Shown: positions 58,783-64,000 of the stretch, piece after piece
How the letters are laid out: each line of letters starts with the position of its first letter
Position numbering within the stretch: position 1 is the stretch's first letter
Assembly: GCF_009914755.1 (NCBI RefSeq)
Contig: NC_060935.1
Length of the DNA: 64,000 nt
Source: the human T2T-CHM13v2.0 reference genome, Homo sapiens
Direction: 5' to 3' (one strand)
Translations under genes and position numbers: made by a program
The notes under the pieces: generated by a model
The model's database searches: none
What the model saw: only the letters and a program-made list of their open reading frames with translations
What the model was told of the DNA's origin: nothing

Positions 58783-59535
58783 TATTTGGGAATGTAAATT
58801 ACTAGATCCGCTATGGAGAACAGTATGAAGATTCCTCAAAAAACTAAAAATAAAATTATCATATGATAAAGCAGACCCACTGCTGGGTATCCAAGAAAAA
58901 GAAAATCAGTACATTCGAGAGATTTCTCTACTCCAGTGTTTACTGTGGCACTATTCACAATAGCCGAGATATGATATTAACTTGTGTCCATGAACAGATG
59001 AATTGATAAAGAAAATGTGGTATCAGTAAATAATGGGCTATTATTCAGATATAAAAAGGAATGAAATCCTGTCATTTGCAATAACATGAATGCAACTGGA
59101 GGACATTATGTTAAGTGAAATAAACCAGGCCCAGAAAGACAAATATCACCTGTTCTAACTCATATGTGGGAACTGAAAAAAAATGAATTCATGGAAATAG
59201 AAGAATGATGCTTACTAGAGGCTGGGAAGGGTTGGGGGAGGGTATTATAAAGAGGGCTGTTTAATGGGTAAAAAATACAGTTAGATAAAAGGAATAAGAT
59301 CCAGTTTTAGGTAGCAGCACACTAGGGAGTTTATAGTTAACAATTTATTGTAAAATAACTAAAACAATGGAATTGGAATGTTCTAACACAAAGAAGTATT
59401 AAATGCTTGAAGTTATGAATGTCTCAGTTATCCTAACTTGATCATTACACATTGTATGCTTCTAGTAAAATATCATTTATACTCCACAAATGTATACAAC
59501 TATTTGTATCCATAATAAATAAATGTTAAAAAAAG
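58783..59535 (+). mobile_element. L1MA (about MA3-5) 3' fragment
   Basis: gggaatgtaaatt...ctggaggacattatgttaagtgaaataaaccaggc...atccataataaat. Confidence 0.85.
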
Positions 59536-59949
59536 TTTTAAAATATGGTGAGATCAACATCTATACACTGCAAGGGTGGATGAGTCTTCAGTTTGAATCT
59601 AGTCTAGTTACTACATAATAAGCAAAGAAAACAAAATACAACATACAAACAAAAAATCCTAAGTAATGAAAATCAGAACACATAGTTTCTACATTATAAA
59701 TGTTCAGTTTTCAAAAAAAATACATGATGCATACAAACAAAACTTGTGACATATACTCAGAAAATGAAAAAAAAAATACAGTAAACAGGTATTGATTCTC
59801 AGTGAGCCCAGATGATTAAGCAGGCAAAGACTTCCAAGAAACTATATTATGTTTAGAGTAGTAAAGGAAAAAAATAAAGTAAATGATGCCACAACTATGA
59901 AATTGTAGTTGCAAAATAAAATCCCTTAAATAGAGACAAATGGAAATTG

Positions 59950-60925
59950 TGAACTTTGTGTGGATTTGTTAAAATTTATTCCTGAAACATATGGTAGAAT
60001 AAGATAGTGAAACCATATGTACTTCTATATTTCTATATAGTAAGGATTTTTATTATAAATTCAAATTGTAATACGTTTAATTTACTACAAATTTAATAAA
60101 TACAGGATTATTCAAGTTATTTATTGTGCCTGAAATCTAGGTTTTATTTTTATTATTGTCTTTTAAAGAATATTTTTATATTATCTAAGTTGTCAAATGT
60201 CTTGGCGTAAGGGTGTTCATAATATTGTCTTACTTTAATAGCTGTAGGATTTGTAGGGAGTTTTTATCTTTCATTTATTATGTTGGCAATTTTTTTCTGC
60301 TTTTTCATTCTTTTTTATAATTAACCTGGGTAATGTTTTATTGATTTTATCCATATTTTTAGTTATATTCTATGTTTGTTAATTTACTCTATTGGCTTTT
60401 TCTGTTTTCTATTTCGTTAATCTCTATGCTTATTTTCCACATATTTTTGGCTTACCTATTTTATTTTACTTTTCTACTTTCCTAATGATGAAACATAGAT
60501 CATTAATTTTAGTTTTTTTTTTAATTTAAGCATTCAGTACTAAAAATCAAAAACCATTCAGACTGTGAAAAACAACTGCATTCCACAAATTTTTATACTT
60601 AAACATTTTTACATGGTTCACAATATTTTCTAAATACATTATACTTAATACCATTTAGAACTGTGTGATTTAATTTAGAAATATTTTGGGATTTTATAGA
60701 TTTTTTAGCAGATTTCTTTCTAGTTTGCGTTGTGGTATGACATCAGAGGATAATATTATAGAAGAAGACATTATAGGATTTCATGTCTTTTAAATTTACT
60801 GAGATGTTTTATTGCTCAGAATATAAACTTGTCTCCACAAATGTTTCAAATACACATAAAGCTATGCATACTCTGTTACTTGAGGCAGAGTTGTCTATAA
60901 ATGTCAATTAGGTCAATTAGGGAGA
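59950..60925 (-). mobile_element. Old L1M ORF2 fragment
   Basis: ggtagaataagatagtgaaaccat; ctgcattccacaaattt; ctataaatgtcaattaggtcaa. Confidence 0.65.
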
Positions 60926-61746
60926 TAATATTAAACAAAAGGAAATGAGAAAGGAACCAACACATATCATTGCAAAAAAAATTAAAAAGAACTTAATATA
61001 ACAAAAAAGAAGGCAGAGGAATGGTAAAAGTGGGAAAAATTGCTAGGATGTACTGATAACAATTAACAAAATTATAATAATAGGCTCTTTAGCAGTAATT
61101 GCATTAAATTTAAATAATTTAAACTTCCCAATCAAAAGCCATAGACTGGCTCAATGCATAAAAATATAATATCCACCTATGCACTCTCTAAAAGAGACAC
61201 ATTTTAAGTGTAAAGACACAAATGCTGAAAGTGAAAGGATCTAAAATGATATTTCATGCAAATGTTAATCAATGATAGCAGAGGATGCAATGCTTATGTT
61301 CGAAAATTAGATGATAAGTCAAAATCTGTCACAAGAGACAAGGAAGGATACTGTATGAATATAGAAGAGACAAATTACCATGAAGATGTAGCCATTATAA
61401 GTGTATATGTACCTGACATCAGAGTCCTCAATTATATAAAGCAAACACTGACAGAATTGAAAGGAGAAACAGACAGTAACACAATAATAGTAGGAGACTA
61501 TATGCCAACCTTTCAAAAATGAATGTAATAATCAGATAGAAAATCAATAGTGAAACACAGAACTTAAAAACACTATTAATCAATTGGCCCTAATAGACAT
61601 ATACAGTGCACCTCCCCCAGATGATAGTAGGATGCATGTTCTTCTCAAGTGTACCTTTGACATTCTCCAGAATGGATCAAGTGTTGGCAGCACACTGCCT
61701 TAACAAATTTTAAAATACTGAGATTATATCAAGTATCTTTTCCTAC

Positions 61747-61818
61747 AACAGTTGAATAAAACTAGAAAACAATAGTTGAACACATTCAGCTATTGTTTTC
61801 TAGTTTTATTCATCTGTT
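61747..61818. repeat. Near-perfect palindrome: 34-bp arms, 4-nt loop
   Basis: 61747-61780 matches the reverse complement of 61785-61818 at 32 of 34 positions. Confidence 0.95.
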
Positions 61819-61847
61819 AACAAATTTAGTCAAAAAGTCACAAATAA

Positions 61848-62210
61848 GGCTGAGCCAGCGGCTCACGCCTGTAATCCCAGCACTTTGGGAGGCCAAAGCA
61901 GGAAGATTGTATGCGCCCAGGAGTTTGAGACCAGCCTGGGCAACGTAGTAGGACCTTATCACTACAATTTTTTTTAATAGCTGAGTATTGTGGCACATGC
62001 CTGTCATCTCTGCTACTCAGGAGGCTAAGACAGGAGGATCACTTGAACCCAAGAGTTCAAGGCTGCAGTAAGTCATGATCATGCCACCAGACTCCAGCCT
62101 GGGTGACAGAGTGAGTGAGGCCCAGTTTCAAACAAAAATTTTAAAAATTAAAAATATATATATATACATACACATATTACATATATATATATATATATAA
62201 CATAAAATTT
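61848..62210 (+). mobile_element. AluJ with tail decayed to (TA)n; TSD tcacaaataag
   Basis: TSD at 61838-61848 and 62217-62227. Confidence 0.9.
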
Positions 62211-62406
62211 TAAAATTCACAAATAAGTATATATTAAAGAATGCATACTTAGACAATCAATAGGCCAAGAACAAATGACAAGTGGAATTAAAAAATATCC
62301 TGAAGCAAATAAGAACAAAAATACAACATACACAATTTTATGGGATTCAGCAAAAACAGAACCAAGAGGGATTCATAGTGGTAAACTTTTATGTTGAAAA
62401 ATAATA

Positions 62407-62716
62407 GGCCAGACGCAGTGGCTCATGCCTGTAATCCCAGCACTTTGAGAGGCCAAGGGAGGTGGATCATGAGGTCAGGATTTCAAGACCAGCCTGGCCC
62501 AGATGGTGAAACCCCATCTCTATTAAAAATATAAAAATTAGCCTGGTACGGTGTCAGGCACCTGTAATCCTAGCTAGTCGGGAGGCTGAGGCAGAAGAAT
62601 TACTTGAACCCAGGCAGCAGAGGTTGCAGTGAGCCGAGATCGTGCCACTGCACTCCAGCCTGGAGTGCAGGCTGGAGACTCTGTCTCAAAAAATAAATAA
62701 ATAAAAATAATAATAA
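62407..62716 (+). mobile_element. AluSg-like
   Basis: ggatcatgaggtcagg (2-bp deletion type) with AluS right arm. Confidence 0.9.
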
Positions 62717-63014
62717 TGAAATGGATTATACACCATGACCAAGTGGGATTTAGTCCTGCAATGTCAGGATAGTTCAACATACAAAAATCAATCAATGTAA
62801 TACATCACATCAACAGACTGAAGGACAAAAATGTACATGATTGTCTCAATTAATGTATATTATATTACAATATTCAACACCTTTTAATTATAGAAAACAA
62901 AACAAATGATAAGCTTCAACAAACTAGACATAGAAGGAAACTAAATATAATTAAAGCTATAAATTAATAGTCCACAGCTAACATAATAATGAAAGACTGA
63001 AAACTTATTCTCCA

Positions 63015-63431
63015 TGATTACCAAATTTAAAATACTTAATGGTACCATCACCAAAATCTTTCTTTTGCTATCTCTTTATACCCACATCTACTCAATCCTC
63101 CTCATTAATCCTAATTCCTGGGACTCACCATTTCGTTCTCCCTTTTTTATTTATCTTATTTCTCAAAAAGTGTACAGATGGAATCATCCAACGTTTATCC
63201 TTTAGGATTATTTTTTCACTCTGCCTAACTTCCTTGCTGTTCATCTAGTTGTATGCATCAATAGTTTGTTCTTTTTTATTGCAGAGTGGTATTCTATGGT
63301 ATAAATGTATCACATTTGTTTATTTGTTTTTTGAAACACTTGAGTAGTTTCCAGGTTTCTGTTATTATTAACAAGGTTTCTAGAAACATTTTGTATAAGA
63401 TTCTGTATGAAAATTAGTTTTTATGACATAT
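63015..63431 (-). mobile_element. L1ME-type 3' fragment
   Basis: atggaatcatcc...tgtatgcatcaatagtttgttcttttttattgcagagtggtattctatggtat. Confidence 0.7.
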
Positions 63432-63740
63432 TGTAGCAGGACAAGCTGCAGAGAAAAATCCTCAGACAGCAGATTAAAAAAGGAAGAGGCTTTATTCGGT
63501 CAGGAGTGTCGACAGACTTGCATCTTAAGAGTCACGCTCCCTGAAAAAGAAATTCTTGGCCCTTTTAAGGGCTTACAACTCTAAGGGGTCCACGTGAAAG
63601 GGTCGTGATAGATCGAGTCAGCGCAGGGAACATGACTGGGGGCTACATGCATCAGCTAACAGAACAGAAAGTTTTGCCATGCTTCTTCATACAATGTCTG
63701 GAATTTACAGATAACACAAGTAGTTTAGGTCAGGGGTTGA

Positions 63741-63783
<43 letters not shown>

Positions 63784-63941
63784 GTAACTACCAGGGCTGG
63801 ATGGTGGCAGCAGGCTGTCTGGCTATTTATCTTACTTCCGTTTCTTTTAAACTTTTTGCTTTCTTCCTTTCCTCCTGTCTTATAAACTAGGCAAGGGTGG
63901 GGGGAGGAGGGCAGCAGGAGAAGTGGTGGTATCCTTCCTTA
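63432..63941 (-). mobile_element. LTR2B-like ERV1 LTR (HERV-E/Harlequin group), 3' LTR, with internal (TAT)n at 63741-63783
   Basis: Minus strand runs taaggaagga...gtcctgctaca; AATAAA and TATA-like ccttaaaag present. Confidence 0.85.
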
Positions 63942-64000
63942 TTCCCTCTTTTGAGAATTTCACTTATTAGTGGAAGTTCTCACTTTTATTTTACTTTCTG
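63942..64000 (-). mobile_element. Polypurine tract and 3' end of the ERV internal region (continues beyond window)
   Basis: Minus strand ...attctcaaaaagagggaa lies immediately before the LTR. Confidence 0.75.

Larger units (their letters stand above)
60930..63015 (+). mobile_element. Old L1M ORF2 (endonuclease to RT start) interrupted by two Alus
   Basis: Track ORF 61256..61522 (RDKEGY...TIIVGD) is EN-like; caccatgaccaagtgggattt is RT-like. Confidence 0.8.

Overview
AT-rich primate genomic DNA, probably human or another ape, judged from L1PA3/PA4, AluY/S/J, THE1 and LTR2-family elements. It looks intronic or intergenic and is dominated by transposable elements. I found no host protein-coding gene I can support; almost all ORFs in the track are L1, Alu or microsatellite artefacts. 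Landmarks: a full-length but inactivated L1PA3-like element (20853-26888, +); a 5'-truncated L1PA4-like element (56371-57927, -) carrying a 173-bp retro-inserted sequence of unknown origin; about 14 Alus; several MaLR/ERVL/ERV1 LTRs; a Tigger1 remnant; and the 3' LTR plus polypurine tract of an LTR2B-type provirus running off the right edge. The most unusual signals are DNA-repair and retrotransposition footprints: a 240-bp inverted templated insertion with self-primed filler, a perfect 200-bp local duplication, an L1 3' transduction with its own AATAAA, a 14-nt L1 5' extension, a 34-bp-stem hairpin, an Alu template switch, and an 18-nt candidate microexon. I see no evidence of a novel multi-gene system. 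Subfamily names come from remembered consensus sequences, and boundaries of old repeats are approximate.
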